Shown here: positions 1 to 8,466 of the stretch, in pieces
Layout of the letters: each line of letters starts with the position of its first letter
Position numbering within the stretch: the first letter of the stretch is position 1
Assembly (NCBI RefSeq): GCF_000025685.1
Contig: NC_013966.1
Span: 420,001-452,000, forward strand
DNA from: Haloferax volcanii DS2
GTDB lineage: Archaea; Halobacteriota; Halobacteria; Halobacteriales; Haloferacaceae
DNA: 32,000 nt
Direction: 5' to 3'
Notes under the pieces: model-generated
The model's database searches: none
What the model was told of the DNA's origin: nothing
What the model saw: only the letters and a program-made list of their open reading frames with translations
Translations under genes and position numbers: made by a program

Positions 1-92
1 AAGCCTTGGTTGGCGTCAGTTCCATATTAGACCGTTATGGAGAGCAGTATCTCCTCGATCTGTAAGTAACCGTACGAGTGGAGAGATTTGAG

Positions 93-746
93 ATGGGTGT
101 TCGAATCAGCGAGTCCGAGAGCGTTCCCGCCACGTTGCGTAGCCGAGACGCAATTCTTCCTGGAGTGATGACGGTGATCTTGGTTGCGACCTTTACCTAT
201 CTCTCCCCAGGGTTATCACTGATCACCACGTTCGTTCCTGCTATTATTCTCGCATACGTGTGCTATTTATTAACGAGCTTTCAACGAATGCCTGATCCAA
301 GTCGGGTGCTCCCCGTCTACTTGATCGCATTTGCTGTCCAGTTCTTACACTTCGCCGAGGAGTTTTCGACCGAATTCTACACCCGCTGGCCGGTTGAGGT
401 TTTCAACGCAGCCCCGTTCGAGCTCACGACGTTCGTTCAGATCAATATGGTCTCATACGCTGCGTTCGCTCTCGGTGCGGTCGCCATCCACCGTGGTATC
501 AAGGGTCCAATGCTCATCGTCTGGTTTTTCACCCTTATGGGGGTCATCGGAAACGGCGTTCTACATCCCATCTATCCGATCCTCGCGACCGGCGAGTTCG
601 GCTACTTTCCCGGACTCTATACGTCCGTCATCTATCTGATTTTAGGCCCGATCCTGTTTCGTCGTCTGTGGGAAGTCCGAAGCGATAGTGGTAGTGCTGT
701 GAACCATGACGTTGAGACGAACAGCAACACTGGGAGTAGTCAATGA
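93..746 (+). CDS. HXXEE-domain integral membrane protein
   Basis: ORF 78..746 starts at GTG 78, with the first ATG at 93. It has several long hydrophobic segments (e.g. ILPGVMTVILVATFTYL, LITTFVPAIILAYVCYLL, VLPVYLIAFAVQFLHF). 'LHFAEEF' fits the HxxEE motif of the HXXEE domain family. Function unknown. Confidence 0.65.
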   Translation: MGVRISESESVPATLRSRDAILPGVMTVILVATFTYLSPGLSLITTFVPAIILAYVCYLLTSFQRMPDPSRVLPVYLIAFAVQFLHFAEEFSTEFYTRWPVEVFNAAPFELTTFVQINMVSYAAFALGAVAIHRGIKGPMLIVWFFTLMGVIGNGVLHPIYPILATGEFGYFPGLYTSVIYLILGPILFRRLWEVRSDSGSAVNHDVETNSNTGSSQ

Positions 747-806
747 GACCTTTCAGCGACCGAGATACTGTAGAAACAATGAAACACCAAGCAGGAGTCG
801 TATCCA

Positions 807-1511
807 ATGTCGAACAAGGTAACTAGTATGAAGTTCGTCGACTTGAGTCACACGTTCGAAGACGGGATGCCGGGGTTCCGTCAAAAGAACGATGACGGGA
901 CACACACGGAGTACACTGCAGATGTATATCCGTTTTTCACACACGAGGAGTCTCGGGAGAAGTACGAAGGCAAATCCGCGTTCGAGGTTACCGAAATGCG
1001 GTTCCAGACGTCCATGGGAACGTATCTAGATTCACCGTATCATCGACATCCCGAGGGTCGTGACATCAGTGATCTTGACATCGGCGAGCTGGTACTTCCT
1101 GGGACGGTCGTCGATGCTCGTGGGCTTGCTGGCAACGAAGAATTGACTGTTGACGCACTTCCCCAGGAGTCTGCCCTCGCAGGTACCGCCGTCCTGTTCA
1201 ATTTTGGATGGGACGAACACTGGGGCACAGAGCAGTACCGATCCTACCCATACATCTCTGAGGCCGTCATTGAGAGACTAATCGATGCAGATGTTTCTCT
1301 GGTTGGCGTAGACACGCTAAACGCCGACGACCACCAGAACCCCGCCCGCCCGGCCCACACTCGACTCCTTGACGAAGAGATCTTCATCGTCGAGAATCTC
1401 TGCAACCTTGATTCGCTCGGTGGTGAGTCATTCCGATTCTTCGCTGTGCCGATCAAAGCCAAAGACACTGCTGCAATGCCCATCCGTGCGTTTGCCGAAG
1501 TTGACCAGTGA
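807..1511 (+). CDS. Putative cyclase family protein (kynurenine-formamidase-like fold)
   Basis: 234-aa ORF. The N-terminal 'MKFVDLSHTFEDGMPGF' and 'GTYLDSPYHRH' resemble the cyclase/arylformamidase signature HxGTHxDxPxH. Here the motif reads Q..GTY.DSPYH, so the metal ligands may differ. An alternative start is at 828. Confidence 0.7.
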   Translation: MSNKVTSMKFVDLSHTFEDGMPGFRQKNDDGTHTEYTADVYPFFTHEESREKYEGKSAFEVTEMRFQTSMGTYLDSPYHRHPEGRDISDLDIGELVLPGTVVDARGLAGNEELTVDALPQESALAGTAVLFNFGWDEHWGTEQYRSYPYISEAVIERLIDADVSLVGVDTLNADDHQNPARPAHTRLLDEEIFIVENLCNLDSLGGESFRFFAVPIKAKDTAAMPIRAFAEVDQ

Positions 1512-1627
1512 GACGAGAAGTCGGTATTCGCAATGTGTGGCAAAGATACTGGCCGGATTAAGCGATTTAAACAGCACGTTCCCCCACTAGTTGTCTGTCA
1601 TCCCAGCTCCCCGTCTCGTAGCAGCAG

Positions 1628-1912
1628 TCAGGTGGTCAGTTCGCTGGTATACTGTTGTTCCCAGTCGTCACGGGCTTCGATTTCTCGACGACCGCGAGCT
1701 GTAATCGCGTAGACGTTCGTTCGGCGGTCCTTTTCGCCTTTGTCGAGCAGTCCCTTCTCAACGAGCGTGTCGAGGTTGGGATACAGCCGGCCGTGGTGGA
1801 TCTCGGTTTCGTAGTAGTCCTCGAGTTGGTCTTTGATTGCGAGTCCGTGTGGTTCATCCAAGCCGGCGGTGACGTACAGCAGGTCGCGTTGGAACCCGGT
1901 CAAGTCGTACAT
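1628..1912 (-). CDS. PadR family transcriptional regulator
   Basis: ORF 1628..1960. The internal Met at 1912 gives a 94-aa protein: 'MYDLTGFQRDLLYV...HGLAIKDQLEDYY..HHGRLYPNLDTLVEKGLLDK...DRRTNVYAITARGRREI'. This is a typical PadR winged-helix pattern. Confidence 0.8.
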   Translation of the reverse strand: MYDLTGFQRDLLYVTAGLDEPHGLAIKDQLEDYYETEIHHGRLYPNLDTLVEKGLLDKGEKDRRTNVYAITARGRREIEARDDWEQQYTSELTT

Positions 1913-2329
1913 TTTGCTGTCCGCAGCTAGTTTAAGAATACATATACATTTGTTGGCCATCGGCCGGGTTTCAGAGTGACCTCGCTGGACGAACGTTTAT
2001 ATCGGAAGATACAGCCACGACGCGGTATGCCGCCCTCCCGTGACCCGGCCGTGGAACTTCGACTGAACGAAGACGCTCGTTGGTGAGGTGCAAGTAGCAT
2101 TCGGCCACGTCCTGCTGCGATTGAAAACGGGCTTGAGACGAACTTTCCCACACGAGAGTTAAGCACCGCGTGAGATGGCGTTGAATACCGTTCAAAGAAA
2201 GGGTACGGACGAAGTACTATCGCTAAAAAAGCTCAAAGCGGTGCTGAGTGTACGGAATCTGACTGTTGGGGGACGTCCCAAACGCTAAGCTTTAACATTG
2301 TTGGGGTTGTACCACAACATAGGAGAACG

Positions 2330-2638
2330 ATGCCTGCAAGGGTTGTGTACCGGGACGAAAACGAGAAGCTAGATGGAAGTCGGTATGAGATGGTCGCGTG
2401 GCAGGTTCCCTCAAGCGAAGACTTCCCGCAGGGACTGAAATACAGCTTTCAGTACATGGACGCTGACGGCGACACACTCCTGCGGTATGATAACTCGCCG
2501 TACCACTTGGATGTTGGTCGACACCACCGACATACACCCGAGGGCGACATCACGAAGTTGGAGTTCACAGGGCTGTCCGACCTAGTCAACGATTTCCAAA
2601 CCGAGGTGAACGAGATCTATGAGCAACGAACCAACTGA
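2330..2638 (+). CDS. DUF6516 / TumE-like toxin-family protein
   Basis: 102-aa ORF. 'LLRYDNSPYHLDVGRHHRH' matches the RYDNxPHH...HHKH core that I associate with DUF6516 (TumE family). Its 3' end overlaps the next ORF by 20 nt. Confidence 0.55.
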   Translation: MPARVVYRDENEKLDGSRYEMVAWQVPSSEDFPQGLKYSFQYMDADGDTLLRYDNSPYHLDVGRHHRHTPEGDITKLEFTGLSDLVNDFQTEVNEIYEQRTN

Positions 2639-3086
2639 TACTGAACCGACGCACGACGAATTCACTCCCGACCCGGACGAGGTCGAGTACCCTTCGACTC
2701 TCCGTATCACGTCGCTCCCAGCAGAACAGGCACAGGCGGCGGCTCTTGAGCGGGCCGAACGGTGGGAGCAGGGTGAAGAGGTACCGCATGTCGTCAACTT
2801 CGAGGATCGGACGCGGCTCCGCCAACTGCTAACCGACCGGCGGATGGAACTCCTCGAAGAGGTGATGGAACGCCCGCCCGAGAGTATCCGCGCACTGGCT
2901 AGTCGCTTGGAGCGCGACGTCCACGATGTGCACGACGATCTACACCTACTAGCCGAGTACGACATCGTCCACTTCGAGAAGGATGGTCGCGCAAAGAAGC
3001 CGTACGTCCCCTACGATACGGTCCGGATTGAGGTTGAGTTCGGTCTGCCGCGTGATGAGGGGTCTTCGTCGCCCGCATCAGCGTAG
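2619..3086 (+). CDS. HTH DNA-binding partner of DUF6516 (putative antitoxin/regulator, HVO_A0114-like)
   Basis: 155-aa acidic ORF. 'LRQLLTDRRMELLEEVMERPPESIRALASRLERDVHDVHDDLHLLAEYDIVHFEKDGRAKKP' is a winged-HTH pattern commonly found downstream of DUF6516 genes. It appears translationally coupled to 2330..2638. Confidence 0.55.
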   Translation: MSNEPTDTEPTHDEFTPDPDEVEYPSTLRITSLPAEQAQAAALERAERWEQGEEVPHVVNFEDRTRLRQLLTDRRMELLEEVMERPPESIRALASRLERDVHDVHDDLHLLAEYDIVHFEKDGRAKKPYVPYDTVRIEVEFGLPRDEGSSSPASA

Positions 3087-3300
3087 CCGGAGATTCGCGG
3101 TTACGATTTTCTTGAACCTGTTGAAACCTTCTTGGTGCTCCCGGTGGTACGACGCTGCTGGGACGCAGATTACTGAGGACTCTTGGCGTGAACAGTTACT
3201 CTCGGACTCAGAGACGTGGGTTGTCCCGGCGATTGCACTTCAGCGAGCGTCTGCTGATGTCTCGTCGTCACAGTCGTCGTCAGCCTCGCCAACACGGCAA

Positions 3301-3447
3301 TTGCTCCGCTGTCAGTCGTGTGGGGAGCAGACACCGCATCGGTTCGACTCACGCGACGACAGCCCATCCGCAGCGTGGGCTGGAGAGCCTGTCTGGCGGT
3401 GCTCCGTGTGTCGAACACCGCGGTATGGGGGCGGACTGTTGGAGTAA
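3301..3447 (+). CDS. Possible small CxxC...CxxC zinc-ribbon protein (start uncertain)
   Basis: This is the 3' part of ORF 2983..3447 and reads 'LLRCQSCGEQTPHRF...VWRCSVCRTPRYG', i.e. two CxxC pairs. By hand count, 33 of 48 third codon positions are G/C. The only nearby candidate start is TTG at 3301. No homology could be checked. Confidence 0.2.
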   Translation: MLRCQSCGEQTPHRFDSRDDSPSAAWAGEPVWRCSVCRTPRYGGGLLE

Positions 3448-3475
3448 GTCCCTTTGCAGAGGGTTGACGCACAGA

Positions 3476-3485
3476 TTTATTATAA
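3476..3485 (+). promoter_or_regulatory. TATA-like box for the MNT-HEPN operon
   Basis: 'TTTATTATAA' is centred about 27 nt upstream of the GTG start at 3507. This spacing is typical of haloarchaeal leaderless transcripts. Confidence 0.4.
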
Positions 3486-3506
3486 GCTGTTGCATAAAAT
3501 CAGATA

Positions 3507-4196
3507 GTGTCCGAGAATACAGAACAAGGGATAAATATCTGTGTGCCAGTTGATCCACGTGGCGACACGAGAGTGTTTCGGTTGCGTGCGGCCGATGACG
3601 TGGTACGCCACCTCATTGATGCACACCAGTCCGAGTTCACACTCAAAGAATTGAGTGAGATAACAGACCGGAGTCGGTCGACAGTTTGGCGAGCAGTTGA
3701 GTTCCTTGAAGCTCTTGATATCGTACAGGTTCGACAGACAACACAGCGTAAGTACGTCTCAATCAACCCCGCTCGACTGCAGAAAGACGACCCTGTTCTC
3801 GGGATTCCACAAGTTGAGTATCACGCACCGGTTCGAGCGTTCGTTGAACGGGTCAACGCCGCAATCGAACAGACAGATGCAGTCACGAACGTACTCGGCA
3901 TTCTCGTCTTTGGCAGTGTCGCCCGTGGTGAAGCCGACCGCAAAAGCGACATTGACGTCTTTGTGCTCGTTGAGGGTGACCGGACTATCGCGCGACGCGT
4001 CATCTCGACGGTGGCCGCTGACTTGGGCGAAGAACGGTTCGACGGCGACCGCTACACGTTTGAACCGTTTGTCGAGTCCGAAGCAAGCGCACGTCGAGCG
4101 AGCGAGAAACTCCACGAGATCTTTCGCGACGGTGTCACCGTCTATGGTGACGCGGAGTTCCAACATGTCCGGACGGCGGTGATGACCGATGAGTAG
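3507..4196 (+). CDS. wHTH-fused minimal nucleotidyltransferase (MNT-type, TA-associated)
   Basis: 229-aa ORF. The N-terminal wHTH-like region reads 'FTLKELSEITDRSRSTVWRAVEFLEALDIVQV'. The NTase signature is 'LVFGSVARGEADRKSDIDVFVLV' (GS-x10-DID). It overlaps the start of the next ORF by 8 nt. Confidence 0.8.
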   Translation: MSENTEQGINICVPVDPRGDTRVFRLRAADDVVRHLIDAHQSEFTLKELSEITDRSRSTVWRAVEFLEALDIVQVRQTTQRKYVSINPARLQKDDPVLGIPQVEYHAPVRAFVERVNAAIEQTDAVTNVLGILVFGSVARGEADRKSDIDVFVLVEGDRTIARRVISTVAADLGEERFDGDRYTFEPFVESEASARRASEKLHEIFRDGVTVYGDAEFQHVRTAVMTDE

Positions 4197-4266
4197 TACT
4201 CGAATCGAGACGCTCGTTGATGAAGTGCAAGCCGCATTCGACCATCGTCCTAGTACGATTGAATCT

Positions 4267-5664
4267 CAGTACCTCACAAAGCATCCTCGCCTAGCTGTCT
4301 CTGAAGCCTGAATTCTGTGGCCGAGCGGTTGCATTGGCGGTCTCGACGACAGAATCATGGACGGATCGGCGGAGAGCCGTCGCTGTCGGCGGCGGCTGCC
4401 GCCGACGCGACAGCGTCGCCACTCCCACTGTTGGCTAGCCCGGTCGGGAGTTACCGGTGGAACCGGTCGTCTGGTGGTCGGTTCGCGGGGACGGCCCGAC
4501 GCACCGCGAGGGCCGTCCACGCTGCTCGACGGACCATATTGATGAACTCCTTGAACGACCACTCCCAGAGGCGACGCCCCCCACGGCGGGGCGTCGCCAC
4601 GTACTCCCAGTGCAAATACCGCCAGACGTTCTGTAACAGCAGGCTCACCACGACGTACAACAGCCGTACGACCGGATTTTGTGTCGAGGTCGTCGCGATA
4701 CTTTGCTCGGAGAGTCGATAGCTTGCCTCGATACCGAAGCGTTTCGCGTAGTGGTATCGAGCGTCCCGTGGTGAGTCGATGAACGGCGCGTCAGCGGCGT
4801 AGCCGTGACGCGCCACGCCATGTTCGTCGTACCGTCCGTTCTGGTAGGTACAGTCGATGTAGACGGGAAACTCGACGGTCCAGCTGTGACCGTCGAGTTT
4901 CGCTGTCAGACTGTGCTGAATCACGCGACTCCACCCTTCTGAGAGTTCTCGCTTGATCGTCCGTCCCCAGCGGACGATCGGCATGACGTAGGCGTGGTTG
5001 TGCGCCTGAAGCAGCGTCAAACACTTGCTGTCGTAGAATTCGCGGTCAAGATAGACGGCCTTGACACCGAGGTCAAGGCCGTCGAGAATACCGAGGAACT
5101 CTGCGAGGACACTGCTGGCGGTGTCGCCGTCTTCGAGACGGCGCACCGCCAGCGTGTAGCGTTTGTTCTTCACGCGTGCGTACAGTGTCGCGTACGCGTG
5201 AAACGCGGTGGTTCCACGCTTCTCTTGTGAGTGATACAGGCCGTCTGTATCGTCTTCGTCGCCGTAGTAGGGCCGCAGGTGGAGGTCTGCGCAGACCTCC
5301 ACCTGCTGGGGAAGGACGTCGAGAACGTCTTTCTGGAGGAGCGTGTTCCCGATTTGTTCGAGCGTCTCGAGGTCGAACTTGGTGCGGAGATGGTAGAGAA
5401 CCGAGTTTTCGTGAGGTGCATCTTCGCTTCTCTTGCAGAGTGTAGAGACCGAGGTCCCGTCGGCGCAGGCGCCGACGAGGACCTCGTAGATGTCTTCAGC
5501 ATCGAGTTCAGCGTTTTCAGCGAGTGAGAGAGCAACTTCCTCGTCAAGAGAGTTGACGAGGAAGTTAAGGAGCTGGTCCTCGTGGATTTCATCGTCTGTT
5601 TGCTGGTTGTTGGACACATCTTCAGCAAGCAGACCTTCTAACTAAACGGCTTTGTGAGGTACTG
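4267..5664 (-). mobile_element. IS copy A, 1398 bp, ISH3-family (ISH27-like) element
   Basis: Perfect 16-bp terminal IR CAGTACCTCACAAAGC (4267-4282 and 5649-5664). A 5-bp direct repeat AATCT flanks it (4262-4266 and 5665-5669). It carries one 388-aa transposase ORF. The size, IR length and 5-bp TSD match my recollection of ISH27. The family name is not verified. Confidence 0.9.
4451..5617 (-). CDS. DDE transposase (ISH3/ISH27-like)
   Basis: 388-aa ORF. It is identical to the 21591..22757 product except for one residue (HSQEKRG versus HSQAKRG). The C-terminal region reads 'RFGIEASYRLSEQSIATTST...LLYVVVSLLLQNVWRYL'. Confidence 0.9.
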   Translation of the reverse strand: MSNNQQTDDEIHEDQLLNFLVNSLDEEVALSLAENAELDAEDIYEVLVGACADGTSVSTLCKRSEDAPHENSVLYHLRTKFDLETLEQIGNTLLQKDVLDVLPQQVEVCADLHLRPYYGDEDDTDGLYHSQEKRGTTAFHAYATLYARVKNKRYTLAVRRLEDGDTASSVLAEFLGILDGLDLGVKAVYLDREFYDSKCLTLLQAHNHAYVMPIVRWGRTIKRELSEGWSRVIQHSLTAKLDGHSWTVEFPVYIDCTYQNGRYDEHGVARHGYAADAPFIDSPRDARYHYAKRFGIEASYRLSEQSIATTSTQNPVVRLLYVVVSLLLQNVWRYLHWEYVATPRRGGRRLWEWSFKEFINMVRRAAWTALAVRRAVPANRPPDDRFHR

Positions 5665-6199
5665 AATCTGGACTTGAGACGAACGAAGCAGATATCCTTC
5701 AGTTGCGGAAGTCATGTCGTCTCCTCGCTGGTGCGACGGTGCTTCTAGAACAGGGCTTCTACACACTCGTGATTGAGGCGTCGTTCGTCGCGATTGAGCG
5801 TGTGATTGAATTCAAACTGCTCGAGGGAGGTCTCGAACCTCGTGACCTCCCCGGTACACATCCAGGTGTGTATACAGAAGCGGCGAGACGCGGTATTATC
5901 TCGCACCATGTCGCTGAGAATCTCCAGGACCTCTGGCGGAATCACCGCGCCAAAACCTACTATCAGGATGGGCTTGCTTCAAAAAGCCGTGCGGAGAAAC
6001 TGTTCGAACTCGCACGAGAGACACACGAATACGTAGTCAACTACCCCGCCCTAACGTTCGCTAATGCTCACGTTTGAGGACGGGGCTTGTCCGTGGACTC
6101 GCGCTCTAACCGAATCTCGGTGGGCGGTATAATCGCTACTCGCGTTCAGCGTCCCGGACTTCAGGGCCAGTTGACCGTGACCCAACCCAGAGGGACGTT

Positions 6200-7596
6200 C
6201 AGTACTTCACAAAGCCGTTTAGTTAGAAGGTCTGCTTGCAGAAGGTGTGTCTAAAACCCAGCAAGCAGACGATGAAATCCACGAGGACCAGCTCCTTAAC
6301 TTCCTCGTCAACTCTCTTGACGAGGAAGTTGCTCTCTCACTCGCTGAAAACGCTGAACTCGATGCTGAAGACATCTACGAGGTCCTCGTCGGCGCCTGCG
6401 CCGACGGGACCTCGGTCTCAACGCTCTGTGAGAGAAGCGAAGATGCACCCCACGAAAACTCCGTTCTCTACCATCTCCGCACTAAATTCGATCTAGAAAC
6501 GCTCGAACAGGTTGGCAACATGCTCCTCCAGAAAGACGTTCTCGACGTCCTTCCCCAGCAGGTGGAGGTCTGCGCAGACCTCCACCTGCGGCCCTACTAT
6601 GGTGACGAAGACGACACGGACGGCCTGTATCACTCACAAGCGAAGCGTGGAACCACCGCGTTCCACGCCTACGCGACGCTGTACGCACGCGTGAAGAACA
6701 AACGCTACACGCTGGCGGTGCGCCGTCTCGAAGACGGCGACACCGCCCGCAGTGTCCTCGCAGAGTTCCTCGGTATTCTCGACGGCCTTGACCTCGGTGT
6801 CAAGGCCGTCTATCTTGACCGCGAATTCTACGACAGCAAGTGTTTGACGCTGCTTCAGGCGCACAACCACGCCTACGTCATGCCGATCGTCCGCTGGGGA
6901 CAATCAATCAAGCAAGAACTCTCGGAAGGCTGGAGTCGCGTGATTCAGCACAGTCTGACGGCGAGACTCGACGGTCACAGCTGGACCGTCGAGTTCCCCG
7001 TCTACATTGACTGTACCTACCAGAACGGACGGTACGACGAACATGGCGTGGCGCGTCACGGCTACGCCGCTGACGCGCCGTTCATCGACTCACCACGAGA
7101 CGCTCGATACCACTACGCGAAACGCTTCGGTATCGAGGCAAGCTATCGACTCTCTGAACAAAGTATCGCGACGACCTCGACACAAAATCCGGTTGTACGG
7201 CTGCTGTACGTCGTGGTGAGCTTGCTGTTACAGAACGTGTGGCGGTATCTGCACTGGGAGTACGTGGCGACGCCCCGCCGAGGCGGGCGTCGCCTCTGGC
7301 AGTGGCCATTCAAGGAGTTCATCAACATGATCCGACGGGCAGCGTGGACGGCCCTCGCGACGCATCGGGCCGTCCCCGCGAACCGGCCACCGGACGACCG
7401 GTTTAGCCGGTAATCACCGCCCAGACAGCCTCCAGCGGGAGTGGCGACGCTGTCGCGTCGGCGGCAGCCGCCGCTGACAGCGACAGCTCTCCGTCCGTTC
7501 GCCCAAGATTCTCTCGTCGAAACCGCCAGTCCAACCGCTCCGCCACAGAACTCAGGCTTCAGAAACAGCTAGCCGAGGATGCTTTGTGAGGTACTG
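6200..7596 (+). mobile_element. IS copy B, 1397 bp, diverged copy of the same IS
   Basis: The left IR is CAGTACTTCACAAAGC (one mismatch) and the right IR is GCTTTGTGAGGTACTG. The flanks ACGTT (6195-6199) and AGACC (7597-7601) do not match, so there is no TSD. The transposase differs from copies A and C at about a dozen residues, and the 3' non-coding part also differs. Confidence 0.9.
6247..7413 (+). CDS. DDE transposase (ISH3/ISH27-like), diverged copy
   Basis: 388-aa ORF, colinear with the 4451..5617 and 21591..22757 products. Confidence 0.9.
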   Translation: MSKTQQADDEIHEDQLLNFLVNSLDEEVALSLAENAELDAEDIYEVLVGACADGTSVSTLCERSEDAPHENSVLYHLRTKFDLETLEQVGNMLLQKDVLDVLPQQVEVCADLHLRPYYGDEDDTDGLYHSQAKRGTTAFHAYATLYARVKNKRYTLAVRRLEDGDTARSVLAEFLGILDGLDLGVKAVYLDREFYDSKCLTLLQAHNHAYVMPIVRWGQSIKQELSEGWSRVIQHSLTARLDGHSWTVEFPVYIDCTYQNGRYDEHGVARHGYAADAPFIDSPRDARYHYAKRFGIEASYRLSEQSIATTSTQNPVVRLLYVVVSLLLQNVWRYLHWEYVATPRRGGRRLWQWPFKEFINMIRRAAWTALATHRAVPANRPPDDRFSR

Positions 7597-7679
7597 AGAC
7601 CAGATTGGCACGAAGCCAATTGTCATTTTGAGGACCTACCGTAGAATGCCACAGATTCTACAGGATTCAACTGTGTGAC

Positions 7680-8465
7680 GTGGTCGGAAGTTCTAACATG
7701 TGTCACACTGTATCTGATTCAATGAATGAGGGTACCGAAGCAACAGACGAAAGCAATTTTGGAGATGGAAAGAAGCGATATAGTATTCGTCTCAGTCACG
7801 ATGGCTGCTGGATGATTGATGTGACTCGCTCATTCCCTGGAGCACACGTTATCGAGAAGGCGTTCTATCATGGAGATGAAGATATCAAAACAGATATCAT
7901 ACTATTCATTGATGATAATTCGAACACCAAGCTCAATGAGATTATTAATGGGATACGGGGCCATCCCGATGTTAATTATGTTTCTGTTTTAGATAGACTT
8001 GGCCAGCGAGCACGTCTAATGGTTCACTATACTGACGACCACAGTGTCAACAACACCATCGCAAACACGGATATCATGCCGATTGAGCCAGTCCATGCGG
8101 TAAATGGCGTCGAACACTGGTCAGTTCTTATGAACCCGGCAGACATCGGAACTACTCTCAAGCAAATTGAAGACGAATGTGACGCTGAGATCCAGTCAAT
8201 TCGTGGCTTCGATTCGGGCAAAGATATGGTATTTACCGATCTCGTCGATCAGATTAACGATGATCTGTCTCCTCGCCAGATTCAGAGTCTTTTAGTGGCG
8301 AATAACAAGGGCTACTACAACTGGCCACGCCACGCAACCGCGAACGAAATTGCAGAAGAATTAGATATTTCTGGGCCAACCTGTCTTGAGCATCTTCGCA
8401 AGGGAGAGCAGAAAATTGTTCGAAGTATCATCGACGCGCTTCAGAGGCGTCACGGCCACTCCTAG
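7680..8465 (+). CDS. HTH_10 (Bat-type) transcriptional regulator
   Basis: The C-terminal 'LSPRQIQSLLVANNKGYYNWPRHATANEIAEELDISGPTCLEHLRKGEQKIV' is the haloarchaeal HTH_10 motif. The start is ambiguous (GTG 7680, ATG 7698 or ATG 7722). The gene is AT-rich. Confidence 0.75.
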   Translation: MVGSSNMCHTVSDSMNEGTEATDESNFGDGKKRYSIRLSHDGCWMIDVTRSFPGAHVIEKAFYHGDEDIKTDIILFIDDNSNTKLNEIINGIRGHPDVNYVSVLDRLGQRARLMVHYTDDHSVNNTIANTDIMPIEPVHAVNGVEHWSVLMNPADIGTTLKQIEDECDAEIQSIRGFDSGKDMVFTDLVDQINDDLSPRQIQSLLVANNKGYYNWPRHATANEIAEELDISGPTCLEHLRKGEQKIVRSIIDALQRRHGHS

Positions 8466-8466
8466 A

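Larger units (their letters stand above)
4189..6077 (+). pseudogene. HEPN-domain gene interrupted by an IS insertion (fragments 4189..4266 and 5670..6077)
   Basis: ATG 4189 opens 26 codons (MSSTRIETLVDEVQAAFDHRPSTIES) that run exactly to the IS terminus at 4267. After the duplicated AATCT, the same frame continues from 5670 (GLETNEADILQLRKSCRLLAGATVLLEQGFYTLVIEASF...) to the stop at 6077. In-silico excision gives a 161-aa helical, HEPN-like protein. Confidence 0.75.

Noticed and set aside
2131-2142. The 12-mer CTTGAGACGAAC is shared between 2131-2142 and 5674-5685
   Set aside because: Dozens of 12-mer coincidences are expected in a 32-kb window on two strands, and there is no extended similarity around it.
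4317-4721. 134-aa and 98-aa ORFs inside the IS copies (also at 22487..22942), duplicated exactly
   Set aside because: They are identical only because the IS is duplicated. They overlap the transposase 3' end and UTR on the opposite strand and are Arg-rich, so they are not independent genes.
7604-7661. Two short hairpins upstream of the HTH_10 regulator: ATTGGC-N5-GCCAAT (7604-7620) and GTAGAAT-N7-ATTCTAC (7641-7661)
   Set aside because: Stems of 6-7 bp are expected by chance many times in 32 kb, and there is no supporting repeat elsewhere in the window.
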